IMG/VR virus record: IMGVR_UViG_3300032007_003791
Length of the DNA: 64,000 nt
Origin: a virus
Lineage: Duplodnaviria > Heunggongvirae > Uroviricota > Caudoviricetes
Reading direction: 5' to 3' (one strand)
Of the stretch, positions 1 through 8,502 are shown piece after piece (position 1 is the first letter of the stretch; each line of letters begins with the position of its first letter). The notes below the pieces were generated by a model. It was not told the DNA's origin. It worked only from the letters and a program-made list of their open reading frames with translations, and did no database searches. A program made the translations under genes and the position numbers.

Positions 1-1137
1 AAAACAGACTTCTAAGTCGTTCCATACTTCTGGCTCATATTTGATTTCTGAGATATTTTTGACATTTTCAATAAATTGTTGTCTTGTCTCTGAGTTAGTT
101 TGCGTATCAATATGTAAATTGAAAAAATCAATATAAGCTGTTTCTATTTTATCTTCTTGTGGAAGAGATGAGAGAATTTCAAGGAAATTTACTTTTCCTT
201 GTTGTGATTTTTTGTGAATAAGTTTTTTTGCAATAGATGTTTTAAATACTTTAGTTGCAAACTTTATAGCTTTATCTTTTTCTTGTGTTTCAAAATATAA
301 ATCTATTTTGAATTCGTCAATGTATTTTTCAATATAGTTTATACAGAAATCTGTATAATCTTCTTTGTCAAGGAACTTATACGCGAGGTGGTGTAGCATT
401 TCTGGTGACTTGTCTATTAAGTCCTTTCCTATTCTTTCTTCAAGTTTTAACTCAAAAAAGTTGATTTTTATATGTTTGTTTCTTATGTCAAACTCAGGAA
501 TTGGACCTTCCCATTCTATATCTTTTCCATTAAGGATATCTACGATATTTTGTATAATATATTGATGTAATTCTTTGATATAAGGATGATTGATACTTTC
601 CAATGATAATACAGGTCCGAATCGATCGTTGATTCCGCCTAATGAAAATCTGCCACTATTTGTACAATCTTTAAATGGTCCTTGATAGGCATCATATAGT
701 AAGGGATATGAAGTGGTTTCTTCTATTGAAGTTTGTATAGCGTCTTCCTCTAATGTGTTGTCTTCATTATATTCTTCATCGACATCATGAATGTCAATGT
801 CATTATCTTCGTATTTTGGTATAGCTTCCTTTAATATACTGTCCAGTTTTGGAAGTGGTTGTTCTGATTCGAATTCATCATGGTTTTCATCGACATCATG
901 ATTGTCGATGTCATTATTTTTATATTCCATATGTTCGAATACGAAATCATCTATTTGTTCTATACTTTCTAGTATTTCTTCAGCCAGTTGACAAGGATAT
1001 GACATTAATAATGTTCTTTCCTGTTCGTTGGAGAGAATAAGTTCATTTTTTTGTTGATGTTGAAGGTAATTTATTAGGTGAGATGTTTTTCTTTTAAGTT
1101 CTCCAAGAGAAGCAAATATTGAAATTGGGTAAGACAT
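1..1137 (-). CDS. hypothetical acidic-repeat protein, 5'-partial in window (runs off window start)
   Basis: Manual minus-strand translation from ATG at 1137 gives MSYPISIFASLGELKRKTSHLINYLQHQQKNELILSNEQE... with no stop for the first ~40 codons checked. The ORF track is empty for the minus strand here, consistent with one long edge-truncated ORF. About 30% GC, well below the rest of the window. Confidence 0.5.
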   Translation of the reverse strand, partial: MSYPISIFASLGELKRKTSHLINYLQHQQKNELILSNEQERTLLMSYPCQLAEEILESIEQIDDFVFEHMEYKNNDIDNHDVDENHDEFESEQPLPKLDSILKEAIPKYEDNDIDIHDVDEEYNEDNTLEEDAIQTSIEETTSYPLLYDAYQGPFKDCTNSGRFSLGGINDRFGPVLSLESINHPYIKELHQYIIQNIVDILNGKDIEWEGPIPEFDIRNKHIKINFFELKLEERIGKDLIDKSPEMLHHLAYKFLDKEDYTDFCINYIEKYIDEFKIDLYFETQEKDKAIKFATKVFKTSIAKKLIHKKSQQGKVNFLEILSSLPQEDKIETAYIDFFNLHIDTQTNSETRQQFIENVKNISEIKYEPEVWNDLEVCF

Positions 1138-1151
1138 AATTTAAATGTTTA

Positions 1152-3356
1152 TTATTTTTTTGAATTGCCTTCAAAGTTCAGCCTTGCATTGGCATACCTG
1201 CGCCCGTCTTTTTCGCTCAATTCGAGTTTCAGCCAGGCGTTGAAGGGTTTCCCTGTCTTGGTAGAGATAAAGCCCTTGACAAGCCCCGTATAGCCTTTTT
1301 CGAGGAGGTGCTTGACGGTAGAGGTGGAGAGGTGCTTACGGAAGACTGTACGGTTGAAGTACAGCCCGCATTCCCTGTTGGAGCAGATGGCCTTATCGTC
1401 CCATACGCGGATGACCGAGTGGCACAGAGGGCACGTGATGGCGTCTGCCGCGGCAGCACGTACCATCTCGTTCCCGATAGAGAGGCCGAAGAGTTGCGAG
1501 GTGATCTTCGATGTGTAGGTGCGGATGTTCTTGTCGAAGTCGGCGGGGTTCATCTTGCCGTCCGCGATTGCGGACAGGGCAATCTCCCAGCGGCCGGTCA
1601 TCTCCACATCGGAGATAGTCATGTCTTTGACGAGCATGTAGGTCTCCAGGCCCACTTCGGTAGGTACGATTTTCTTGCCTTCCTTCTTGAGGAAGTGGCG
1701 CTGGTTGACAAGGATGGAAAGGATGCTGGCGCGGGTGGCGACAGTGCCGATACCGCACTCCTGGAGCGTGCTCTTGATTTCCTCGTCGTCAACCTCCTTA
1801 CCGGCGTACTTCATCGCATCGACAAGGGTGTCGTAGGTATAGAGGGGCTTGGGCTTGGTCTTGCCTTCCAGCGTTTCTACTTTCTTTGCGCTGAGTATGG
1901 CCCCTTCCTTGAGGTCCGGGAGTTTTTCTTCCGGAACCTTGTCAGGGTCGTTGTTGTCTTCATTTGTCTTTTTACCCGTGTCCTTCTCCCCTTCACCCTG
2001 CACGGCTTTCCAGCCGGGCTTTTCCACGAGAGTGGAAGAAGCGGAGAATTCTTCTCCGCCACAGGTGAAGCGGTAGGAGGACACGATGGTTTCGCACGAC
2101 GGAGAGAAGGCTTCCATCATTCGTTCAGCGACGAGCATGTAGATGTTCGTTTCCCTTTGATTGAGTCCGTCCGCTCCTTTCCCTTCCAGGAGGAGGGCGT
2201 GGTGGTCGGTCACCTTGCCGTCATTGACACTACGGCGGTTGAGCCCACCGAAAGGGGTGGCTGCGAGGGACTGAGCGACGTCCTTGAGGTGACCCTGGGG
2301 AAGGGACGAAGCGAGCTGTGCGAGCCGCCTGGGGATGGTCTTCATCATGTCGTAGGGGATGAACTGCGACCCGGTACGCGGATAGGTTACGAGTTTCTTT
2401 TCGTAGAGGTCCTGGAGGATGGAAAGAGTCTCGTCCGGCGAGTAGTCGTAGCGGCGCGACGCTTCTTTTTGCAGGGAGGTCAGGTCGTGAAGGAGCGGGG
2501 CTTTGACCTCGCGCGGCTCGTGCTTGGCTTCCGTCACGGTAACGAGGGAGATACTGCACCGTTTGGCGACGGAAGACGCCTCTTCGTAGGTGTCGTATCT
2601 CTTGACGGACTGGATATGGAAGGGCTTACCCTGACTTTCGGTCAGGATCCGTACATTCCAGAACGGGGTCGGGACGAAGTTCTTATTCTCCAGGTAGCGC
2701 TTGCAAACGAGCGCGAGGGTGGGTGTCTGAACCCTGCCAAGGGAGAAGACACGGCGGTCGACGGGGTTGGCCTTGCGGATGGCGAGCGTGAGGGCCTCCG
2801 TGGCGTTCAAACCGACAAGCCAGTCGGCTTCGTTGCGGGCCTTACCCGCAAGGAAGAGCGAATCGTATTCGCTTGAAGGGCGGAGCGAAGCGAGCCCTTT
2901 GCGGATGGCTTCGTCGGTATTGGAGGACACCCACAGGCGGAGGACGGGTTTGCGACAGCGCGGGTTGAGGTTACAGACGTACTCGTAGATATAACGCTGG
3001 ATAAGCTCTCCCTCGCGTCCGGCATCACCGCAGTTCACGATGGTGGATGCGTTGGCGAACAGCGTCTCGATAGTCTTGAGCTGTTTCTGTTTCCCAGCGT
3101 CGGGTTTGCCATCCTTGGTCGCCACCCTGAGACCGAACGATGAGGGCAGGACGGGAAGGTTCCCGGCCTGCCAGTGGAGGGAACGGTTGTGATCGCCTTC
3201 GTCTATCTCAAGGAGATGACCGAAGGCCCAGGTGACGGCAGCGGCTTCCCCGTTGACCGTCCCACCGTCGATATAACCGTCATGGCGCTGCTTAGCGCCG
3301 ATGATACGTGCGAGGTCCGCACCGAATGAGGGTTTTTCCGCGATGAGTACTATCAT
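1152..3356 (-). CDS. topB: DNA topoisomerase III (type IA; Exc-like of conjugative transposons)
   Basis: 734 aa; Toprim N-terminus (VLIAEKPS), DAGREGE acidic motif, active-site Tyr context TYPRTGSQ; typical type IA length. Confidence 0.9.
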   Translation of the reverse strand: MIVLIAEKPSFGADLARIIGAKQRHDGYIDGGTVNGEAAAVTWAFGHLLEIDEGDHNRSLHWQAGNLPVLPSSFGLRVATKDGKPDAGKQKQLKTIETLFANASTIVNCGDAGREGELIQRYIYEYVCNLNPRCRKPVLRLWVSSNTDEAIRKGLASLRPSSEYDSLFLAGKARNEADWLVGLNATEALTLAIRKANPVDRRVFSLGRVQTPTLALVCKRYLENKNFVPTPFWNVRILTESQGKPFHIQSVKRYDTYEEASSVAKRCSISLVTVTEAKHEPREVKAPLLHDLTSLQKEASRRYDYSPDETLSILQDLYEKKLVTYPRTGSQFIPYDMMKTIPRRLAQLASSLPQGHLKDVAQSLAATPFGGLNRRSVNDGKVTDHHALLLEGKGADGLNQRETNIYMLVAERMMEAFSPSCETIVSSYRFTCGGEEFSASSTLVEKPGWKAVQGEGEKDTGKKTNEDNNDPDKVPEEKLPDLKEGAILSAKKVETLEGKTKPKPLYTYDTLVDAMKYAGKEVDDEEIKSTLQECGIGTVATRASILSILVNQRHFLKKEGKKIVPTEVGLETYMLVKDMTISDVEMTGRWEIALSAIADGKMNPADFDKNIRTYTSKITSQLFGLSIGNEMVRAAAADAITCPLCHSVIRVWDDKAICSNRECGLYFNRTVFRKHLSTSTVKHLLEKGYTGLVKGFISTKTGKPFNAWLKLELSEKDGRRYANARLNFEGNSKK

Positions 3357-4657
3357 GATAAATGCTCAAGGATACTCCCGTCTTTAGACGGGGGAGGAAT
3401 TGAGCATTGATTCCTCTTTTTTGTGTCAATCAAAAAAGAACCGCTATGCCTTACCAGCCTCAGTGATTTGTATGAGGTGGAGTTGGACAGGGTGTGTCCT
3501 TCGAAGTCTTTGACGACGAAGTATCCGGAGTTACGTCTGCCGTGTATGTAGGCAGGAATGTTGTTATACAGGACTATATCAAAGAGTCTGTAGCCCTTAA
3601 TTTCGCGTGGAGCCTGGTTCCGCTTCCAGTGTCCGCCCTTGAGCAGATTAGACTTCATTATCTTGCGGTTGTGCCGACGCAGTTGTTTGAAGCGGAACAG
3701 TTCGCCGGCAGGCCTTGCGTCCGCATTTCCGCTGATGCAGCGCGCGTCAACTGCATGTGATTTTTCCAGTCCGTGTCCAATGCGCGTGTATTTAGTCAGA
3801 TAGTCATAGGTGAGATGAACCGGAACATCAAGCGTTTGCTTCAGTTCGTTGTACACTTTCCATCGCATGACGGACATAAACGCTGCGTCACGGAGCGATT
3901 GACCGGTCCGTTTGACTTTCAGTTCAATCTCTCCGCGATGATAAGCTTTGTGGCAAGTCTCGCACATCGTGACGAGGTTGTCCGGGCTGTCACCGCCAGT
4001 CTTCCGGGACTCAAGATGATGGACGTTCAGGATCCGGTCCTTGCTCTTGCCGTGGCAGTGCTGACACTCGTGATTGTCCCGGAACAGGACATATTCGCGT
4101 ACGTTCCAGAAGCCGAGTTGTGGTCCTTGCTGATACTGTTCACCCGCGATACTGTGGTTCTTCAAAAGCTGTGTATCAAACTGCGCTACTTCAACGGTCA
4201 CGGAGGTGACAGGAAGGAGACGACAGATGTCCTGCGCGGCTTTGACATGTGAATGCACTTTTTGTTGCACGGACGGTGCGAGCCAGCCTGCTCTTTTGGA
4301 CGCCCTTCGGTTCAGGAACCGCGGAGCGTGGTAGCGGATGGAGCGTTTGCCGCGCCTTATGCGTCTGGCCTCTCTGCGTGTGGACAGGTTGTTGACGATG
4401 TCGGAGCGAAGTTCAATTTCCGCTGCATAGAGTTCCTTGTGCTCTGTGGTGGCCGAGAGCCCGATGTGCTTCGAGCCCGCGTCCACGCCGAGACTTACGG
4501 GCTGCGTGTGGTGCGTCGTGTCATACGTGAGTCGGATAGTGAACGGCGTATGTGAGACGATGACGGCTTTTCCGTCACGGAGCATGCGTCGCATCTTGCC
4601 GGCGCGTTGTGTCGGCATCAGCGGAGTTCCGTCTTGTGCTTGAACGTAGATGTACAT
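3353..4657 (-). CDS. iscB: IscB, OMEGA RNA-guided nuclease (Cas9 ancestor)
   Basis: 434 aa; N-terminal PLMP motif (DGTPLMPTQRAGKMRRML), RuvC-I (LGVDAGSKHIGLS), Arg-rich bridge helix (RREARRIRRGKRSIRY), HNH (CQHCHGK...NVHHL...TMCETCH), RuvC-III (HAVDA). Stop overlaps the topB start (ATGA). Confidence 0.85.
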   Translation of the reverse strand: MYIYVQAQDGTPLMPTQRAGKMRRMLRDGKAVIVSHTPFTIRLTYDTTHHTQPVSLGVDAGSKHIGLSATTEHKELYAAEIELRSDIVNNLSTRREARRIRRGKRSIRYHAPRFLNRRASKRAGWLAPSVQQKVHSHVKAAQDICRLLPVTSVTVEVAQFDTQLLKNHSIAGEQYQQGPQLGFWNVREYVLFRDNHECQHCHGKSKDRILNVHHLESRKTGGDSPDNLVTMCETCHKAYHRGEIELKVKRTGQSLRDAAFMSVMRWKVYNELKQTLDVPVHLTYDYLTKYTRIGHGLEKSHAVDARCISGNADARPAGELFRFKQLRRHNRKIMKSNLLKGGHWKRNQAPREIKGYRLFDIVLYNNIPAYIHGRRNSGYFVVKDFEGHTLSNSTSYKSLRLVRHSGSFLIDTKKRNQCSIPPPSKDGSILEHLS

Positions 4658-4978
4658 ACGTCGTTTTGTTTTGTCGTTTCCGCAGGTCCGCTGCGTTGCC
4701 GGATGGTGTCGTAACTCCTTACGGAGTAGTGCAGGCGTAAAGCCTGTGGGTCTCCCGCGCCGATGTTGAATGAGGTTTTGTATGGCAGTGACACTGAACC
4801 TACTCCACAGTTCTTTTAATCACTGTCCGCAGAGCAGAGGGCTGGAAGGAACACCCCCTGGTGCCTATGTATTCTCAATCAACGTAGTTCAAAGGCGTGA
4901 GCCTTATCACTGGGGCTGATCAGCCTGGAGCGTTGGCCTTACGGCATGCTCCCTGTCTTTAGACGGGAGTGGCTGACG
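3358..4978 (-). mobile_element. IS200/IS605-family non-autonomous element carrying iscB only (no tnpA)
   Basis: Same-orientation subterminal palindromic hairpins: RE ctcccgtctttagacggggga at 3374-3396 (nested in the outer inverted repeat aatgctcaa...ttgagcatt at 3361-3409) and LE ctccctgtctttagacgggag at 4949-4969. Confidence 0.6.
4658..4948 (-). ncRNA. predicted IscB omegaRNA (HEARO-type) scaffold, upstream of and abutting the iscB start
   Basis: 290-nt ORF-free region between the iscB ATG and the LE hairpin, on the iscB strand and hairpin-rich. Position matches the known IscB/omegaRNA architecture. No covariance model was run. Confidence 0.5.
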
Positions 4979-4980
4979 GT

Positions 4981-5490
4981 TTACTTGTTTTCGTTAAGGG
5001 CCTTGTTTACGATATGCTGGGTGAAGTTGCTCTCGATATCAAAAGCATTTTCGATATTTGGGAGTTCTTCAATCAAGTCGTTTTTCTTGATGACGGTTAT
5101 TTCGCCGCTCTTGTCGTTGAATATGTCGTTTTTGTAGAGATACTTGATCTGGTTGACAGGGATTTCTATGTTCTTGGCATTGATGCCGGACTGCATGTAC
5201 ACGAACCGCTGGTCGGTGAGTATGACGCGGGTAGTTGCCGTCTTGATGATATCGTTCAGATAAAGACAGAAGAGCGTTACGGCGATAGCTTCGCCTATTG
5301 CAACGAAGATTTTGCTGACGTTGGAGGATACGTTCGAGAGGAGGAAATCGTCGCTGTGTGTCCCGCACATCAGCACGATGGCGAGTGCTGCTGTGGCGAT
5401 GATGCCGATGGACTGCTTCACGAGTTTCTGCTTGGAACCTTTCTGGAAGGAAAGAATGTTTTCGTCTTTGTTGATGTCGAACTGTTTCAT
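4981..5490 (-). CDS. hypothetical membrane protein
   Basis: 169 aa ORF with hydrophobic segment IGIIATAALAIVLMCG. The IscB element LE lies immediately after its stop codon. Confidence 0.45.
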   Translation of the reverse strand: MKQFDINKDENILSFQKGSKQKLVKQSIGIIATAALAIVLMCGTHSDDFLLSNVSSNVSKIFVAIGEAIAVTLFCLYLNDIIKTATTRVILTDQRFVYMQSGINAKNIEIPVNQIKYLYKNDIFNDKSGEITVIKKNDLIEELPNIENAFDIESNFTQHIVNKALNENK

Positions 5491-5503
5491 ATGTGTAATG
5501 TAT

Positions 5504-7759
5504 TTAGTTGTTATTTACTTCTTTCGCGTTTTCCATCATTTTTTTGATGGCGTCGTTATTGTTATCGTCGTCTTCTTCTTCCTCGTCGTCTTCCTCGTTT
5601 TCTTCGTCAAGAGGGAGTTCTTCGCGGATGAGTTCGCGGATATCTCTTTTGATTCCGTCGTAGTTCTGCTGGACGACTTCCTTTACGTTTTCTTCAATCC
5701 TCGCTTCGGCCTCTTTCATGAGGATGTCTTCAATCTGGTCGTCATCGAGCATCAGGATAAGGTCCTTCTTTCTCATTTCCATTTCTTCCGGGTCGGCGAT
5801 GATGCCTTCGGACATCAGGGACTGGGTGGCCCAGTCATCAAGGATAATCGCCTTCTCGTCCTCTTCGTGTACCTGGGCAATGATTTCATCGTCATTGAAG
5901 GAGGTGATACGCGGGAGTTTTTTGAAGTTTTTTTCCTTTTCGAGCCAGCCTTTCACGTCGATTTTGATTTCGCCGCAGAAGAATTTTCTCTTGATACGTT
6001 CACTTTTCTTGTTGTTGTCGGCCACCTTCCCGAAGAAGATACCCTGTGAGAGGGTTTCAATCTTTGAGGCCGGCATGATTTCCTCCTGGTGGTAGGAAAT
6101 CTGTACGGAGTCGTGGTCGAGGTTCTGCGTCAGGGACTGCGATTCGCGGTACTCTTTACCCATCGAGTGGGAGAGGTCTTGTGCCGTCTTGCCGTTGACC
6201 TGTCCGGCGATGATGGTGCCGACGGTGTTGAAGATAACGTCCGCTTCTTTCTGCGTGTAGTCACGGATGAGCTGTGTCTTATCCTGGGCGCCGAAGACGA
6301 TGGCTACCTTATTGGAACGCGCTGTGGCGATAAGGTTGTCGAGGCCTTTGAGGAAGATGGTCGGAAGCTCGTCGAGGAGGATACCGCATTTGAGCTTATG
6401 CTTACGGTTAGCGAGTTTGAACAGGCGGCTCGTGTAGAGCGCGAGCACCGTACCGTAGATAGCCTGGCGGTTGGGGTCGTTACCGAGACACAGAATCTTC
6501 GGAGCGTCGGGCTCGTTGATGTCAAGCGTGAAGTCGTCACCGGAAAGCACCCAATAGAGTGCGGGCGAGGACATTTTGTTGAGGACGATTTTCGCCGAGG
6601 CAAGCTGGCCCTGAAGCTGATCCTGTGCGCCACCTTCGAGAGCATCGATGAAGGGACCGATTTTTGTCTCCAGTTCACGGTACTGCGAGACGATGGCGAA
6701 CACTTTCTTATAGTCCTGTCCGAGCAGTTCGATAAGGTGCGGGAAGGTGCAGTAGATACCTCCCTTATAGATAGAGAGGAAGTAAATCAGGATATCTACG
6801 AACAGGGTTGCCGAGCGTGAGAAGAAGTCGGGCTTCTCCAGGGACTCAGGTGACACGTTGGACCAGATGACTTCCGCGATTTCAGCGGTATCGGCGGGGT
6901 CGGTGATGTAACTGCGGTGGATAGGGTTACACCTGTGGGAGTAACGGGGGTTGTTGAAGTTGAGGACGAAGAATTCCGGCGACTTGGGGTCACGGATATA
7001 TTTCGGAAGTTCAGAACCTCTCCTGTAGGCGGGGTTCTTTATCGGAGGGTATTTCTCCAGGTACTCGTTGTAAAGTATCGTAGACAGGTCCGGGAACTTA
7101 TAATCGTACACGCACATGGTGTAGTTCTTCTGCATCATCTGGTGTATGAACGGATTGTACACGGAGAATGATTTACCGGAACCGGGGGTTCCGAGAATCA
7201 TGACGGCACGGAACGGATTGACTACGTTAATCCATCCGTTGTGCATCTTCTGTTTGTACTGGAACTGTGTCGGGAGGTTGATGCTGTCAGGCGTGTCGAT
7301 GAGGTATTCGGTCTGCTCGAAGGTTTCATCCACATCGTTGAGGGGTCTGGTGAAACCCCTCATATTACGGCTGATAGCCGCAATAGCCCAGCTGCAGAGG
7401 ATGTATCCCAGGACCGTGGTCATGAAATACATGTAAGGGTTCTGCGGCCAGACAAAGAAGAGGCCGAGGCCAGCAGCCAGTCCTACGATGATTGCCGCCC
7501 AGGGAGTCTCCTTACCTGTTCCGTTCCGTACGATATGCGTCATGATGACGAGAAGGAGGATGATTGATTTCGATTTGAACGGAGTGGAGAAGACGCCGCT
7601 CTTATGCAGCCTGAGCATAATCGAGTCCCCTATGGGATGACTTATCCCGTAGGCCGCGAAGACCGGGTGGCAATAATAATAAATATTGAACAACAGTATC
7701 ACCATCGCGAAGACAATGATATAGTTGAACGTCTTTTCGTATTCCTGTTTGCTGGCCAT
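5504..7759 (-). CDS. mobC: type IV coupling protein (TraG/TraD/VirD4 family; MobC of Bacteroides-type mob operons)
   Basis: 751 aa; N-terminal TM helices; Walker A GTPGSGKS; acidic C-terminal tail (EENEEDDEEEEDDD). Confidence 0.8.
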   Translation of the reverse strand: MASKQEYEKTFNYIIVFAMVILLFNIYYYCHPVFAAYGISHPIGDSIMLRLHKSGVFSTPFKSKSIILLLVIMTHIVRNGTGKETPWAAIIVGLAAGLGLFFVWPQNPYMYFMTTVLGYILCSWAIAAISRNMRGFTRPLNDVDETFEQTEYLIDTPDSINLPTQFQYKQKMHNGWINVVNPFRAVMILGTPGSGKSFSVYNPFIHQMMQKNYTMCVYDYKFPDLSTILYNEYLEKYPPIKNPAYRRGSELPKYIRDPKSPEFFVLNFNNPRYSHRCNPIHRSYITDPADTAEIAEVIWSNVSPESLEKPDFFSRSATLFVDILIYFLSIYKGGIYCTFPHLIELLGQDYKKVFAIVSQYRELETKIGPFIDALEGGAQDQLQGQLASAKIVLNKMSSPALYWVLSGDDFTLDINEPDAPKILCLGNDPNRQAIYGTVLALYTSRLFKLANRKHKLKCGILLDELPTIFLKGLDNLIATARSNKVAIVFGAQDKTQLIRDYTQKEADVIFNTVGTIIAGQVNGKTAQDLSHSMGKEYRESQSLTQNLDHDSVQISYHQEEIMPASKIETLSQGIFFGKVADNNKKSERIKRKFFCGEIKIDVKGWLEKEKNFKKLPRITSFNDDEIIAQVHEEDEKAIILDDWATQSLMSEGIIADPEEMEMRKKDLILMLDDDQIEDILMKEAEARIEENVKEVVQQNYDGIKRDIRELIREELPLDEENEEDDEEEEDDDNNNDAIKKMMENAKEVNNN

Positions 7760-7768
7760 GGCTAATTG

Positions 7769-8185
7769 TTATTTTTCTTCTTTGTTCCTCGGGCAGATGA
7801 AGATGTCAAGCTGCTCGTTGCCGTTCTGGGCCTTTCCTTCTTCGTTCCAGCAGCACGGCATATTGTCGGGGTCGAGGCCGACGATGGGATAATCGCCTGC
7901 TGCTCCCGCCGTGTAAATCTTCACGCTGCGATTGTCACGGGTGACGATTTTCATATCGGAGGAGATGGGCTGCTTCCTGGCGAGGATCTGCTTTGCCTTG
8001 TTGATGTCGAAGTCAGGTTCGGCTTTGCCGTCATCGGCAAGGATGAGGCACATGAGCTGTTCGCCTTCGGAGAGGGCGTACTTTTGGGCGAGGTACTTCT
8101 TGATAGGAAGCTCTTTCCCCTCTTTGTCGAGGAGGATGGATTTTTTATCCTTTATGGTAAGGATGGCTTGGATTTTTACTTTCAT
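7769..8185 (-). CDS. hypothetical protein
   Basis: 138 aa ORF in operon context. No recognisable motifs. Confidence 0.4.
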   Translation of the reverse strand: MKVKIQAILTIKDKKSILLDKEGKELPIKKYLAQKYALSEGEQLMCLILADDGKAEPDFDINKAKQILARKQPISSDMKIVTRDNRSVKIYTAGAAGDYPIVGLDPDNMPCCWNEEGKAQNGNEQLDIFICPRNKEEK

Positions 8186-8493
8186 ATGCTTTCAATAATT
8201 TTGGTTAATTCTCTTGTGTCGAGATGTTCGGTAGAGTACCCATGTCCGATATCGAAGTCCATAGAGTTTTCGTTATCGGTCTGGTAGCGCTTGACGATAC
8301 GGACTATCACGGGGATTTCACCGAAGAGATCATCTGCAAAGACCGTGACGGGTTTTTTGAGACATACACTGCCGTCGTTATCCTTGATGGCTCCGGATAG
8401 GATGTTGAGCATTTCATAACGGGGACAGGTGCACAGAAGGCGTTGGCGCCTCCTGTGCTTCCTGCTATTGATTATCTTTGAAATGAAAGACAT
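8182..8493 (-). CDS. hypothetical protein (not NrdG: lacks CxxxCxxC)
   Basis: 103 aa ORF immediately downstream of nrdD, 4-nt overlap with the next ORF. Confidence 0.35.
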   Translation of the reverse strand: MSFISKIINSRKHRRRQRLLCTCPRYEMLNILSGAIKDNDGSVCLKKPVTVFADDLFGEIPVIVRIVKRYQTDNENSMDFDIGHGYSTEHLDTRELTKIIESI

Positions 8494-8502
8494 ACGCTTA
8501 TA

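Noticed and set aside
1308-2876. 522-aa + strand ORF antisense to the topoisomerase gene
   Set aside because: It is a shadow ORF. The minus-strand frame has unambiguous type IA topoisomerase motifs, and the + frame is Gly/Val/Arg-rich without motifs. The same reasoning rejects 8509..9945 (+) inside nrdD, 27936..29705 (+) inside the C5-MTase, 5312..6049 and 6089..6820 (+) inside the coupling-protein gene, and 57829..58710 and 58898..59509 (+).
8182-8493. Candidate NrdG activase directly downstream of nrdD
   Set aside because: The 103-aa product has no CxxxCxxC radical-SAM cluster; only the position suggested it.
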